A stretch of 64,000 nt of DNA from Opitutales bacterium (GTDB lineage: Bacteria > Verrucomicrobiota > Verrucomicrobiia > Opitutales > T3Sed10-336): the NCBI GenBank assembly GCA_007130045.1, contig SLTG01000053.1:35922-99921 (forward strand). Reading direction: 5' to 3'. Position 1 is the stretch's first letter, and each line of letters begins with the position of its first letter. The notes beneath the pieces are model-generated. The model saw only the letters and a program-made list of their open reading frames with translations, was not told the origin of the DNA and did not search any database. A program made the translations under genes and the position numbers. Positions 42,136 through 52,410 of this stretch are shown here, one piece after another.

Positions 42136-43224
42136 CTATTTTTTGGTTATACTATCCGCGAGGGAAGGGCGCTTTTCACGGCCGAGGCGGGCGACGGTGG
42201 CGGTGACGGCGAAACCGATGAGAGCAAGTCCTGCGGCGCCGGCGGCTTGGTTCGGCGTGGGTTGGAAAAACTCGCGGGGGTAGTCCTTTGGTTCCACGGG
42301 CGCGCCGGTTTGGTCGTAGACCAGCTGGCCTTCAGCTTCTGTGATGATCTGCCCTTTGAGCATGTCGCCGACCTCGGGTTCCACTCCGTGCTGGAAGGGC
42401 CAGAGGCCGGCCACGGCTCCGAGAAGAAGCCCAAGGAGCAGGCCGAGGGTCGGGCCGGGGAAGTGGTTGAGGACGTATTTTACCAGGTTGGAGACGACGG
42501 CAATGCCCGCCAGGATCCCGAGACCGACGGGAAGGGCGATTTGCAGGACGGGCGGGAGTCCCAACGCGAAATCCATCGTGCGGGCGGCGGTGACGAGTTG
42601 CTCGATTCCTTCCAGGATGGTGACGTACACCCCGAGCAACAGGAGAAGATACCCGCCGCTGATTCCCGGAAGCACCATGGCGCTGGCGGCGGCCACTCCG
42701 GCCAAGAAGAGTATGAGGAAGCCGTCGTTGGCGCCGCCGGCGCCGGTCCCGTGGATCTGCAGGACGGCCATGGCTACCATAAAGACGAGTCCAACGGCCG
42801 AACCCAGCCAGAATGAAGCGGGTTTGCCCGCCGCCATTCGCCAGATCAGGGGAACGCCGCCCAGGGTGAGGCCGATGAACAGGCTGTACATGGCCCAGGT
42901 GTGATCGATGACCAATCGGCTGATGAGTCCCGCGAAGGGACCGATCACCGCGACGGCGGCGACCAGGATCGTTCCCAGGAGAATGATCGCGTTGCGGCTG
43001 AAACGCAGGCGCGTGAGATCCGCGACCGCCTGAACGAACTGCGGGAAGATCCCGGCTGCCAGCAGCATGGTGCCGCCGCTGATACCCGGCACCAGGTTGG
43101 CCATTCCCATCAAGGCCCCGCCCAGCCCCGCCCGGGCGAGCAGGCCGGGCCCGGGCAGGGGGCGTTCCGGCTGATCTTTCCGATCATCCGCTGGTTGAAC
43201 TTCGGAGGGATGCGTGTCTGCCAT
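42136..43224 (-). CDS. DUF368 family membrane protein (family includes PopT-type undecaprenyl-phosphate translocases)
   Basis: Duplicated VPGISGGTMLL / LPGISGGYLLL motifs in a polytopic membrane protein. Confidence 0.85.
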   Translation of the reverse strand: MADTHPSEVQPADDRKDQPERPLPGPGLLARAGLGGALMGMANLVPGISGGTMLLAAGIFPQFVQAVADLTRLRFSRNAIILLGTILVAAVAVIGPFAGLISRLVIDHTWAMYSLFIGLTLGGVPLIWRMAAGKPASFWLGSAVGLVFMVAMAVLQIHGTGAGGANDGFLILFLAGVAAASAMVLPGISGGYLLLLLGVYVTILEGIEQLVTAARTMDFALGLPPVLQIALPVGLGILAGIAVVSNLVKYVLNHFPGPTLGLLLGLLLGAVAGLWPFQHGVEPEVGDMLKGQIITEAEGQLVYDQTGAPVEPKDYPREFFQPTPNQAAGAAGLALIGFAVTATVARLGREKRPSLADSITKK

Positions 43225-43733
43225 GGTGTTTGGGCGCTTTCGGCAGGAAGAGGGTTTTTCCCCGGTTCGTCAAGCCGCGGGCATTCGCAGCCTAACCCTG
43301 GTCCGCGGCGAGTTGCACCACCAGTCCGTCGGGGTCCGGGGAAATAAAGAATTAGGGACTGATTGCGCCATTTCAAGGCTCCTGCGAAAAGCCCCGAATG
43401 CGATGCTTGGCCGGCATAGATGAAAGGAATAGGTGGTTCGCTGAGAAGAATCAGGACTCGGTTCAGGCTGGTTTAAGTCATTAAGATTTTAAAAATGAAC
43501 GAAATGCACGAAAAGGGATAGGGTGGGGTTCAACCGGTAATCCCATCATTATAATCAAAATAAAATAAAATGAGGAACATGTTGACTTATCGGGAGGTCA
43601 ATGGAATCGTAATTATGAACGTTTTGGACGTTTCAATTCCGGAACCAGCCAAATGTTCATTACTCGGACGGAAGCCGAATCGGCATCGATTGATCCGAAT
43701 CAACTGGAAAAACCAACAACAACCAAGAGACCT

Positions 43734-44222
43734 ATGAAAACTAAAATGCTAGCTGCTATTATCTTCGCAATATGCACCCCCTTTGCCCTGGCCGATTACG
43801 GGGGAAGCGAAAAGACCGAGAAGGATATCGTGGATATTCTGGCCTCGCCTCCTTCCTTCAACACCCTGGCGGCGGCCGTCGAGGCGGCGGGGTTGCTGGA
43901 TACCTTGAAGGGCGAGGGGCCGTTCACGGTGTTCGCGCCGACGGACGCCGCGTTTGCGGCATTGCCCGAGGGAACCGTGGAGGAATTGCTCAAGCCCGAA
44001 AACCGCGAAACGCTGGTTTCGATCCTCACCTACCACGTGGTGTCCGGCAAGGTGAACGCGGCCGATGTGTCGCCGGGAATGGTGAAAACGGTGAACGGGT
44101 CTTCAGCGGAAATTTCCGTGAAGAACGGTTATGTGACGATTGACAATGCGAGGGTCATCGCCACGGATCTGGCGGGCGTGAATGGCGTGATTCACGTGAT
44201 CGACGCCGTGATCCTTCCCTGA
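43734..44222 (+). CDS. Secreted fasciclin (FAS1) domain protein
   Basis: Signal peptide [23 protein letters not shown]1 motifs [26 protein letters not shown] and [13 protein letters not shown]. Confidence 0.88.
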   Translation: MKTKMLAAIIFAICTPFALADYGGSEKTEKDIVDILASPPSFNTLAAAVEAAGLLDTLKGEGPFTVFAPTDAAFAALPEGTVEELLKPENRETLVSILTYHVVSGKVNAADVSPGMVKTVNGSSAEISVKNGYVTIDNARVIATDLAGVNGVIHVIDAVILP

Positions 44223-44252
44223 GTACCGGGGTCGTTTTCCACGGTAAGCACC

Positions 44253-44297
44253 AAGACGGCTCCCGTCGGCAATTGTCCGGCGGGGGTCGTCTTTTTT
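44253..44297 (+). terminator. Probable Rho-independent terminator after the fasciclin gene
   Basis: Extended hairpin aagacggctcccgtcgg-caattgt-ccggcgggggtcgtctt with one mismatch or bulge, followed by a T-tract (tttttt). Confidence 0.55.
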
Positions 44298-44489
44298 GGC
44301 TTCAAAGGCCGAGAGTACGCCAGCAGCGCCGGTACCGCCCGGTCGGCCAGAGTTTCGGGGCATCCACGGAGCGCGGGTCACGGACTCCGGTTTGATTGAA
44401 ATTCGTAAACTCCTTTACGCGGGATGCACTGCAAATAAAAAGGAAGTTCGGTTAATCCGGATTGAGCTACTCTCGGGCCGCAACTTCCC

Positions 44490-45380
44490 CTACGTTTCTT
44501 TCTTCGGGTCGAAGGCGTCCCGGATGCCGTCGCCAAGGAAATTCAGCGAGAATAGGGTCATCGCGAATGCAATGCCGGGAGCGAGGAGGAGCCACGGCGC
44601 TCCTTCCATCGACGTTCTGCCGTCGTTGATGAGCAATCCAAGGGAACTCATCGGCGGTTGAACGCCGAGTCCGAGAAAACTGACAAACGCTTCCAGCAGC
44701 ATGACGTTTGGAATCGTCAGGGCCGTGTAAACGATGATCGGGCCGAGCGCGTTGGGGAGGATGTGCCCGGACAGCAGTTTCCGCGGACGTTGGCCGAGTA
44801 TCCGCGCCGCTTCGACGAAGGCGGTTTGTTTGAGGGACAGCACCTGCCCGCGTACAATACGTGCCATGGTCAGCCATTCGACGGCCCCGATCGCAAGGAA
44901 GAGGAGAATGAGACTCCTCCCGAAGAACACCATCAAAAGAATCACGAAGACCGTAAAGGGGAGGGCGTAGAGGATGTCCACGATCCGCATCATGACCGAA
45001 TCGCTTTTCCCGCCGAGAAACCCGGACAACGATCCGTACACGACGCCGATTGACAGAGAAACCGCGGTGGCGAGCAGTCCGACCATAAGCGAGATGCGCC
45101 CGCCGTGGAATAATCGGGTCGCCAGGTCCCGTCCCCTGTGGTCGGTGCCGAGCCAGTGTTCCGCGCTTGGCGGGAGGGCGCCTTCGGCGATGCGCGGTTG
45201 TTCCTGGAAGGAGTAGGGAGAGAACCAGGGTCCCACGACGCAGAGGCCCGAGAAAAAAAGCAGGAAAGCCAATCCCGCCATGGCCATACGGTTCGCCTTC
45301 AGGCGCCTCCAGGCGAGGCGGCTCGGCGATAAATGGGCTTGCGGCTTCCGGCCGGCGGCTGTGACGGCGGGAGGACTCAT
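44490..45380 (-). CDS. Peptide/nickel ABC transporter permease (OppC/DppC type)
   Basis: BPD_transp_1 EAA-loop region ..FVEAARILGQRPRKLLSGHILPN... Confidence 0.9.
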   Translation of the reverse strand: MSPPAVTAAGRKPQAHLSPSRLAWRRLKANRMAMAGLAFLLFFSGLCVVGPWFSPYSFQEQPRIAEGALPPSAEHWLGTDHRGRDLATRLFHGGRISLMVGLLATAVSLSIGVVYGSLSGFLGGKSDSVMMRIVDILYALPFTVFVILLMVFFGRSLILLFLAIGAVEWLTMARIVRGQVLSLKQTAFVEAARILGQRPRKLLSGHILPNALGPIIVYTALTIPNVMLLEAFVSFLGLGVQPPMSSLGLLINDGRTSMEGAPWLLLAPGIAFAMTLFSLNFLGDGIRDAFDPKKET

Positions 45381-45495
45381 ATTAGGTTTTCCGGTTGAAC
45401 CGCCGGAGGGCTGAAGGACACTGCGACATCGGCGTTGTCCGGATCGTTGTTACGTCCGGACTTGCGCTCGTTCGCGGCCCTAGACGGGATTGGTT

Positions 45496-46413
45496 TCATT
45501 CGAAGCGTTGGCGCGGGTTGAGGAGGACCTGTCCGATATCCACCAGGAGATTGAAAAGGAGGATCATCGCCGCGAAAAGGATCACCACGCCGAGGACGAG
45601 TGTGTAATCCCGGTTGAAGGCGGCGTTGACGAATTCCCGTCCCAGACCCGGAATGTGAAAGACCGTTTCCACCACGAACGATCCTGTAAGGAGGCCGGCG
45701 GCGGCGGGACCGAGAAAGGCGAGCGCCGGAAGGATTCCGGGGCGAAGCGCGTGTTTGGCCAGAACGAGGTGTCCGGGCAACCCCTTTGCCCGTGCCGTGC
45801 GAATGAAATCCTGCCGAATGATTTCCCGCATGCCTCCGCGCGTCAGCCGTGCGATGTAGGCCGCATAAAACAGGCCGAGGGTGACGGCGGGCAGAATACG
45901 GTCGCCGGCGGTGTTCCAGCCGGTCGCGTTGAACCAGCCCAGCCAGAGGGAGAAAACCAGGACCAGGAGGGGGCCGAGCACGAACGTGGGCAGGCAGATT
46001 CCGATCATCGCGCCGCCCATGGGCGCTGAGTCCAGCCAGGTATCGGGACGGATCATGGAGATCACGCCGGCGCCGATTCCGACAAACAATGCGATCAGAA
46101 GACCCCACAGACCGAGCTCCAGCGAAACCGGCAGGTGGGAGGCGATGATTTCGTTTACCGTGCGGGTCGGGTAGTGGAAGGAGGGGCCGAGGTCTCCCCG
46201 CAGCAGGTTGCCGAGATAACTCGTGTATTGGAGAAAGAGCGGCCGGTCGAGACCGTAGTGGGCTTCCATTTGCGCGAGGGTGGCGGCGGGAATATCCACC
46301 TCGTGGCTGAAGGGACCCCCCGGCGCGAGTCGCAAAAGGAAAAAGCAGATCGTAATTACAAGAAAAAGAACCGGGAGAGCCTCCAGAAACCGGCGTGCGA
46401 TATAGCTCAGCAT
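45496..46413 (-). CDS. Peptide/nickel ABC transporter permease (OppB/DppB type)
   Basis: MLSYIARRFLEALPVLFLVITICFFLLRLAPGGPF N-terminus and ..FIRTARAKGL.. EAA loop. Confidence 0.9.
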   Translation of the reverse strand: MLSYIARRFLEALPVLFLVITICFFLLRLAPGGPFSHEVDIPAATLAQMEAHYGLDRPLFLQYTSYLGNLLRGDLGPSFHYPTRTVNEIIASHLPVSLELGLWGLLIALFVGIGAGVISMIRPDTWLDSAPMGGAMIGICLPTFVLGPLLVLVFSLWLGWFNATGWNTAGDRILPAVTLGLFYAAYIARLTRGGMREIIRQDFIRTARAKGLPGHLVLAKHALRPGILPALAFLGPAAAGLLTGSFVVETVFHIPGLGREFVNAAFNRDYTLVLGVVILFAAMILLFNLLVDIGQVLLNPRQRFE

Positions 46414-46417
46414 GGCT

Positions 46418-48070
46418 TCAGTCGTCAGCGGACAGCCTCACGTCCTTGTACGAGCGGTAAGCGATCGGTGTGGTGCGCCAGTCCCGGACCGCCGGATGCT
46501 TCAGGTACATGCGATTGTAGAAAAAGAGCGGAATCACGGGGGCTTCGTTGACCAGGAGCGTTTCCGTTTCGCGGATCAGGTCCCATCGCGTCTCGGTGTC
46601 CCGGGTGCGGGCGATTTGGTCGAGCAGGTCGTCGTACTCCGGATTGGCCCATCCGGTGCGATTGTTTCCGTCTCCGGATGCCATCGTGCTGAGAAGCGTG
46701 TACGGGTCCAGGTAGTCGCCGATCCATCCCGAGCGGGCGATGTCGTATTCCAACCGGTTGGTGCGGTCGAGATAGACCTGCCACTCGGTATTTTCCAGAG
46801 AAATGTTCACACCGAGTTCGCGCCGCCACATTTCCTGAACAAGTTGGACGATCGCGCTGTGTTCATCCGATGTATTGAACAGGATCCGGACCGAGGGAAA
46901 CCCGTCGCCGCCGGGGAACCCCGCGTCGGCGAGAAGTTCGCGCGCCAGGTCGAAGTCAGGTTCGATTACCGGTTCGGGTTCGTATCCGGGAACGCCCGGC
47001 GGAATGAACGAATACGCCGCCGGCCGCTGGCCGCCGTAAATGTTGTCGACGATCATTTCGCGGTCGAGCCCGAGGGAGAGGGCGAGCCGGACACGGGGAT
47101 CGTCGAGGGGCGGCCCGGTCACGTTCACCCGCAGATAGTACGTGCCGAAATAATCGCCGGTCATGAAGAGTTCCGGGCGTTCGTCGCGGTAATGACGAAT
47201 CCGTTCAGGAGGGACGGGATCGGTCATGTGGAGCTGACCGGCACGGAACGCGCTCTCGCCGGCCAGTGTGTCGTAGGGATAGAAGTGGATCTCTTCAAGG
47301 TGAACCCGGGCGGCGTCCCAGTAGCCGGGATTCCGTTTCACCTCGATTCTGCGTCCCGTCGCCCAGCGCTCCAGTGTAAACGGGCCGTTGCCGACGAGAT
47401 TTCCCGGGAGGACCCAACGCGTATGCGGCTCGTCGATACGTCCGTGAGCGAGAATCGTTTCCGGATGAACGGGGTACCACGTGTTGTGACTGAGGAGAGT
47501 GAGAAAGTACGCGACCGGATGATTGAGGGTGATCTCCAGTGTGTGGTCGTCCAGGGCGCGCGCGCCGACTTCCGAAAAATCGTCGGTTTCTCCTTCGTTG
47601 AACTCCCGCGCGCCTTTTATCGGGAAGAGCATGGACGCGTATTGCGAGGCGAGGTTCGGGGAGAGGATGCGTTCGAAGCTGAAGAGGAAATCGTGCGCGG
47701 TGACGGGGTCTCCGTTCGACCAGGCCGCATCTTCCCGGAGGTAAAAGGTGTAAACGGTTTCGTCCTCGGAGACATCCCAGGCGCGTGCCACCGCGGGCAC
47801 CGCGCTCAGACCGTCGGGATCCACGCCGGTCAGCCCTTCGAAGAGCGAGGCGATGACATTGGATTCCGGAACACCGGTAATCGTGTGCGGATCGAGGCTT
47901 TGAATTTCGGTCGCGTTATTGATGTGCAGGATCCCGTCACGGATTCCGGCGTCCACCCGGCTTTCGGAGGGACCGCACCCGGTCGCGAGGGCGAGCAGGG
48001 TCAGGGTGAGCGTTGCGGTCGCCGAAGGGATGATACCGGTGCGCTTGAAACGAATCGTCATGAATTCCAT
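46418..48070 (-). CDS. ABC transporter substrate-binding lipoprotein, family 5 (OppA/DppA type)
   Basis: Lipobox LALATGC and SBP_bac_5-type sequence throughout. The start is Met 48070 or 48061, not the ORF-track start at 48292. Confidence 0.9.
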   Translation of the reverse strand: MEFMTIRFKRTGIIPSATATLTLTLLALATGCGPSESRVDAGIRDGILHINNATEIQSLDPHTITGVPESNVIASLFEGLTGVDPDGLSAVPAVARAWDVSEDETVYTFYLREDAAWSNGDPVTAHDFLFSFERILSPNLASQYASMLFPIKGAREFNEGETDDFSEVGARALDDHTLEITLNHPVAYFLTLLSHNTWYPVHPETILAHGRIDEPHTRWVLPGNLVGNGPFTLERWATGRRIEVKRNPGYWDAARVHLEEIHFYPYDTLAGESAFRAGQLHMTDPVPPERIRHYRDERPELFMTGDYFGTYYLRVNVTGPPLDDPRVRLALSLGLDREMIVDNIYGGQRPAAYSFIPPGVPGYEPEPVIEPDFDLARELLADAGFPGGDGFPSVRILFNTSDEHSAIVQLVQEMWRRELGVNISLENTEWQVYLDRTNRLEYDIARSGWIGDYLDPYTLLSTMASGDGNNRTGWANPEYDDLLDQIARTRDTETRWDLIRETETLLVNEAPVIPLFFYNRMYLKHPAVRDWRTTPIAYRSYKDVRLSADD

Positions 48071-48104
48071 CTTTTGGAGAATCCCGCCGCCGAACGCAAA
48101 ACCT

Positions 48105-49643
48105 TCAATAAAAAAGATTGCGGTCGAGGCTCCTGTACTGGATCGCCTCCAGGAGGTGGTTGTCCCGGATCTCATCGGAATCGTCGAGATCGGCGATGGT
48201 GCGCGCCACTTTGCGGACGCGGTCGTACGCCCGTGCCGAGAGCGAGAGTTCCTCCATCGCCCGCTGCAGCAGGTTGCCCAGCGCATCGTCAAGGGCGCAG
48301 AACCGGCGCAACTCGCTGTGGCTCATGCGGGCGTTCGTCGGGTTCGAGGAGCCGGCCAGACGGTGCCGCTGGCGATCGCGAGCGGCGGCGATTCGTTCCC
48401 GGATCGACGCTGAACTTTCGCCTTCCTTTTCGGAGCGCAGCTCTTCGATTGAAAGGGCGGGGGCCTCCACGTGGAGATCGATCCGGTCGAGCAGCGGACC
48501 GCTGATGCGTGAACGGTAGCGCTGGATCTGGGTCGGGCTGCAGCGGCACTCGTGTTTCTTGTCGCCGAGATAGCCGCAGGGACACGGGTTCATGGCCGCC
48601 ACGAGCATGAACTGGCAGGGGAAGGCCACTTTTCCCGCGCTGCGCGAAATCGTCACACTGCCTTCCTCCAGCGGCTGCCTGAGGACCTCCAGCGCCGAGC
48701 GCTTGAATTCCGGAAGTTCGTCAAGGAAGAGCACTCCCTGGTGGGCCAGTGAGATCTCGCCCGGCCCCGGAATGCTTCCGCCGCCGAGCAGGCCGACGTC
48801 GCTGATTGTGTGGTGGGGAGCCCGGTGCGGACGTTCCATCATCCCGAGTTCGCCCGACAGCGTCCGGCCCGCCGCCGACTGGATGCGCAGAATTTCGAGA
48901 AACTCGTTCAGGCCCGGCTCGGGCATAATCGTCGGAATCCGCTGCGCGATCATCGATTTTCCGGAACCCGGAGGCCCGATCATCAAAAGATTGTGACCGC
49001 CGGCGACCGCGATCTCGACCGCGCGCCGCACCGTTTGCTGGCCCTTGATCTCGGAAAAGTCCGCCTTGGCGGGCGCGTCCGGCGAGGTCGCCTCAAAAAA
49101 CGCGTCCTTGGCGAGCGGGGCGATTTTCGTCATTCCGGACAGGAACCGGTGCGCCGTTTCCAGGGAGGAAACCGGGTAAACGTCGATGCCTTCCACAAGC
49201 GCCGCCTCACGCGCGGAGTGGGTCGGCAGGAGCACGCCGCGCTTGCCGATTTTGCGGGCCAGCAGGGCCATCGCGAGCGCGCCCTTGACCGGACGGGTTT
49301 CGCCGGAGAGCGCGAGTTCGCCGGCGATCAGGTAGTCGTCCATCGCGTTCGATTCCATCTGGCCTGTCGCATCGAGAATGCCGAGCGCGATCGGAAGATC
49401 GTAGAACGGCCCCTCTTTCTTGAGGTCGCCGGGTGCGAGGTTGATTGTGGTGCGGGTGCGGGGCATTTGAAAACCGCTGTTGGCGACCGCCGAAAAGACA
49501 CGGTCGTCCGATTCCTTCACGGCGGCGTCGGGGAGGCCGACCATGATCAGTTTCGGTTCCCCGGATTCCCCGGAGTTCACTTCCACCTGAACGGCGGCCG
49601 CGTCAATGCCCTGAAGCGCAGCGGATAAGACATTCGCGAGCAT
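48105..49643 (-). CDS. comM: YifB/ComM family Mg-chelatase-like ATPase
   Basis: Lon-like N-domain, Walker A GPPGSGKS, Cys cluster [15 protein letters not shown] and a C-terminal ChlI-like domain. Confidence 0.92.
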   Translation of the reverse strand: MLANVLSAALQGIDAAAVQVEVNSGESGEPKLIMVGLPDAAVKESDDRVFSAVANSGFQMPRTRTTINLAPGDLKKEGPFYDLPIALGILDATGQMESNAMDDYLIAGELALSGETRPVKGALAMALLARKIGKRGVLLPTHSAREAALVEGIDVYPVSSLETAHRFLSGMTKIAPLAKDAFFEATSPDAPAKADFSEIKGQQTVRRAVEIAVAGGHNLLMIGPPGSGKSMIAQRIPTIMPEPGLNEFLEILRIQSAAGRTLSGELGMMERPHRAPHHTISDVGLLGGGSIPGPGEISLAHQGVLFLDELPEFKRSALEVLRQPLEEGSVTISRSAGKVAFPCQFMLVAAMNPCPCGYLGDKKHECRCSPTQIQRYRSRISGPLLDRIDLHVEAPALSIEELRSEKEGESSASIRERIAAARDRQRHRLAGSSNPTNARMSHSELRRFCALDDALGNLLQRAMEELSLSARAYDRVRKVARTIADLDDSDEIRDNHLLEAIQYRSLDRNLFY

Positions 49644-49959
49644 GATGTTGTTTGAGGAAAAGAATCGGGATAGAAAGCGCAACGATTGATTATGTAGCCG
49701 CCGGGAATCAACAAAATAATGGTGTCGCCGCCCGGACGCCTCGAGATAATCTGCCAGGCAAAATATCGCTTGACTTTTCTGCTTGAGCTAGGGGAGGATG
49801 TTGCCGGTAATTTGGAAAGGGTTGGCGTTCGGTATTTTGGCGCTGAAATGAACTTGTCGTTTATCATTGCATTGGGTTGGGGCGTTGTTATGGGGAAGTT
49901 CGGACGAGGTTTCGGATGCGGGTTGCTTTGCGGGGCAAGGCGTGTTCAATATCGCCGAT

Positions 49960-50370
49960 ATGGTTTCCGTATCTATCGAATACAAAGGAGGGCTTCGCTG
50001 TGAAGCCACGCATGGGCCGTCGGGACGCACTTTGGAGACGGATGCGCCGGTTGATAACCACGGAAAAGGGGAATCGTTTTCGCCGACCGATCTGGCGACG
50101 ACGGCGTACGGGTCGTGTATGGCCACGGTCATGGGGATAATAGCCAAGCAGCGAGAACTCGACCTGGCGGGAATGCGGGTGGAGCTGATCAAAGAGATGT
50201 CGTCCGATGCCCCGCGCCGGATTGTCAGGATCACGGCGGAGATCCGGATTCCCGGCGAGTTTTCCGAGGACGAGCGCACGCTGCTTGAGGACGCCGCGTT
50301 GAGCTGTCCGGTGAAACTGAGCGTACATCCGGAGATCGACCAGCCGGTAACCTTCCATTGGGGGAAATGA
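49960..50370 (+). CDS. OsmC/Ohr family protein
   Basis: ..GKGESFSPTDLATTAYGSCMATVMG.. and ..LSCPVKLSVHP... The start is taken at MVSVSIEYKGG. Confidence 0.85.
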   Translation: MVSVSIEYKGGLRCEATHGPSGRTLETDAPVDNHGKGESFSPTDLATTAYGSCMATVMGIIAKQRELDLAGMRVELIKEMSSDAPRRIVRITAEIRIPGEFSEDERTLLEDAALSCPVKLSVHPEIDQPVTFHWGK

Positions 50371-51968
50371 TGGCGAACGGGACTTCGATGAGCCCCGGGC
50401 GGCGGGCATTGAGATGGCTGGCGGCCGCCGTCGGACTGATCGTTTCTTCCTCCTGCCAGCCGGAACCGCGCTCGCAGGATGTGTTTGTCTTTGCCCGCGG
50501 GAGCGATGCCCAGCGGCTCGATCCGGCGGACGTGGACGACGGGGAGTCCGTCAATACGCTGATGCAGATCTTCGAAGGATTGGTCCGGTTCGAGAGCGGC
50601 ACTCTTGAAATCGAGCCCGCGCTGGCGGAAGAGTACTGGATTTCGGATGACGGACTCACCTACACGTTTCGGCTGCGCGAAGGAGTCATCTTTCACGACG
50701 GCACGCCGCTGAACGCGGAAACCGCGCTGTTTACGTTTCACCGCCAGATGGACCCCGGCCATCCCGGGCACCTGCCCGGAGCCGATTTCCAGTACTGGAG
50801 TTACCTGTACCAGGAGATCGAGGAAGTGACGGCGACGGGACCGATGACGATCGAATTCCGCCTGAGCGAGCCGAACGCCTCGCTTCTTCACTCGCAGGCG
50901 ATTTTCCCGGCTGCACTTGTCAGTCCGCAGGCGTTGGAGGACCACGGCACGGACCTGCGTCATCATCCGGTGGGGACCGGCCCCTATCGCTTTGTCCGGT
51001 GGTCGCGGAACGAGTCGATTGTCCTGGAGCGAAACCCCGACTACTGGGGCGAGCCCCCGGGATTCGAGGGATTGATCTTCTGGGTGGTTCCGGAGAACAC
51101 CACGCGGCTCCTGGAGCTGCGGACCGGCCAGGTCCACGGACTCGACGGGCTGCAACCGGCGGAGGCGGATTCTCTGGAGGGCGACGAGCGGTTCAAGGTT
51201 TACAGGAGCCCGGGGCTCAATGTCGGATACCTGACCTTCAGCGGATTTGCCGAGCGCCTGGCCGAGCCGGAAATCCGCGAGGCGATCTTTATGGCGATCG
51301 ACAGGGAGCGTTTGGTCGAGGTGGCGCTCGACGGGGCCGGCACGGTTGCGGACTACCCGGTTCCGCCGGGATTTCTCGGATACCCGGTCGATCCCGAGCG
51401 GACACCGCACGATCCGGACCGGGCGCGGGAAATCCTTTCACGGTATGCCCATCGCTGGGACAGACCGGTGGTGTTGAGCGTGATGAACGCGCCGCGACAG
51501 TATTTTCCGGATTCCGTGCGGGCCGCCTCGCTGATCCGCAGCGATTTGCGCCGGGTGGGGATCGAAATTGAAGTGAACGTGCGCGACTTCGGCAGCCATC
51601 TTGACCGTCTGTACCATGGCGATTACGAAATGGCGTTGATCGGGTGGATCGGAGACAACGGGGATCCCGACAACTTCCTTTCCATCTTCTTTGGCAGTTG
51701 GGCTGCCGAGATGGGGTCGGCCAGCAATTTCGCGTTTTACATCGACGATGAAATGGACGATCTTCTTCGCAGCGGACGGAGAGCGACCGACCCCGAAATC
51801 CGGCACGAGATCTACGCTGAGGCGCTCGGCCTTTGGCGGCGCGATCTGCCGATTCTGCCGCTGGTCCATGGAGACAACATCGTCGTTTTGCGGTCGGAGA
51901 TTGAAGGGTTCGAACTCCAGAAAACCGGCGACCTGCGGTTTGGACGGGTTCGCTGGCGGGAGGAGTGA
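50367..51968 (+). CDS. Second family-5 ABC substrate-binding lipoprotein (orphan)
   Basis: Lipobox IVSSSC and SBP_bac_5-type sequence. The ATG overlaps the OsmC stop (ATGA). Confidence 0.88.
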   Translation: MMANGTSMSPGRRALRWLAAAVGLIVSSSCQPEPRSQDVFVFARGSDAQRLDPADVDDGESVNTLMQIFEGLVRFESGTLEIEPALAEEYWISDDGLTYTFRLREGVIFHDGTPLNAETALFTFHRQMDPGHPGHLPGADFQYWSYLYQEIEEVTATGPMTIEFRLSEPNASLLHSQAIFPAALVSPQALEDHGTDLRHHPVGTGPYRFVRWSRNESIVLERNPDYWGEPPGFEGLIFWVVPENTTRLLELRTGQVHGLDGLQPAEADSLEGDERFKVYRSPGLNVGYLTFSGFAERLAEPEIREAIFMAIDRERLVEVALDGAGTVADYPVPPGFLGYPVDPERTPHDPDRAREILSRYAHRWDRPVVLSVMNAPRQYFPDSVRAASLIRSDLRRVGIEIEVNVRDFGSHLDRLYHGDYEMALIGWIGDNGDPDNFLSIFFGSWAAEMGSASNFAFYIDDEMDDLLRSGRRATDPEIRHEIYAEALGLWRRDLPILPLVHGDNIVVLRSEIEGFELQKTGDLRFGRVRWREE

Positions 51969-52016
51969 GCGGAGCGACGAAATTCATTGGAAAAAATCGT
52001 ACGGCTCGCGCATAGT

Positions 52017-52205
52017 ATGTGGATGCGTTTATTGAGAATTTGCCTTATGATCGTGCTTCTTGGGGGTGCGGCGATTTCGATGACCGGTTGCGCCACAACC
52101 GAACAGGACGGGGTGATTATCGAGCAGCGGCGGTGGTGGCACATATTCAGTGAGGCCGAGCCCGCGCCCGACGCTGCCGAAGAGCCGGACCCGGTTCCGT
52201 CGTGA
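52017..52205 (+). CDS. Small lipoprotein (62 aa) with acidic Pro-rich tail
   Basis: MWMRLLRICLMIVLLGGAAISMTGC signal/lipobox. The tail is EAEPAPDAAEEPDPVPS. Confidence 0.45.
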   Translation: MWMRLLRICLMIVLLGGAAISMTGCATTEQDGVIIEQRRWWHIFSEAEPAPDAAEEPDPVPS

Positions 52206-52325
52206 TGCCGCGCCGGAAGGGGCCGGGGACAGGGAATTCAGCACCGTCGGGACCAAAGCGTACCCCCCCCGGACTCGAACCCCGCGCCGCGGTTGCTTCC
52301 CGCTTCGCTTTCAGTCCGCACCGTT

Positions 52326-52341
52326 TGGCAATAATCCTGCT
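52326..52341 (+). promoter_or_regulatory. Candidate sigma-54 (-24/-12) promoter upstream of the dynamin-like pair
   Basis: TGGCAataatcCTGCT has GG and GC at the canonical spacing of TGGCAC-N5-TTGCW. It lies 25-95 nt upstream of the candidate start codons. This is a pattern match only. Confidence 0.25.
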
Positions 52342-52410
52342 GGGTTTGGAAAAAGAAGGACTTAATTGAAAAAGAACCGGCGCCTTTTCGGAATCGGATT
52401 GCAACGGGAA

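Noticed and set aside
45377-46108. 243-aa minus-strand ORF in another frame, bridging oppB and oppC
   Set aside because: The sequence is Arg/Pro-rich with no TM helices, while the alternative frame gives canonical permease sequence.
46412-48505. 697-aa plus-strand ORF overlapping the oppA-like gene and the comM 3' end
   Set aside because: The translation is low-complexity and Arg/Gly/Val-rich. The opposite frames encode a well-formed family-5 binding lipoprotein and ComM. Shadow ORF.
49788-51410. 540-aa minus-strand ORF opposite OsmC and the second binding protein
   Set aside because: No motifs and an Arg/Pro-rich composition, while the plus strand encodes two recognisable proteins.
52261-52300. 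tRNA-like T-arm sequence (minus strand ggttcgagtcc) between the small lipoprotein and the first DLP
   Set aside because: When folded by hand, the T-stem pairs at only 3 of 5 positions. There is also no complementary acceptor 5' strand for the G-run that follows, and no D or anticodon arm could be built. It is probably a chance match in GC-rich DNA, though I cannot exclude a decayed tRNA or att fragment.
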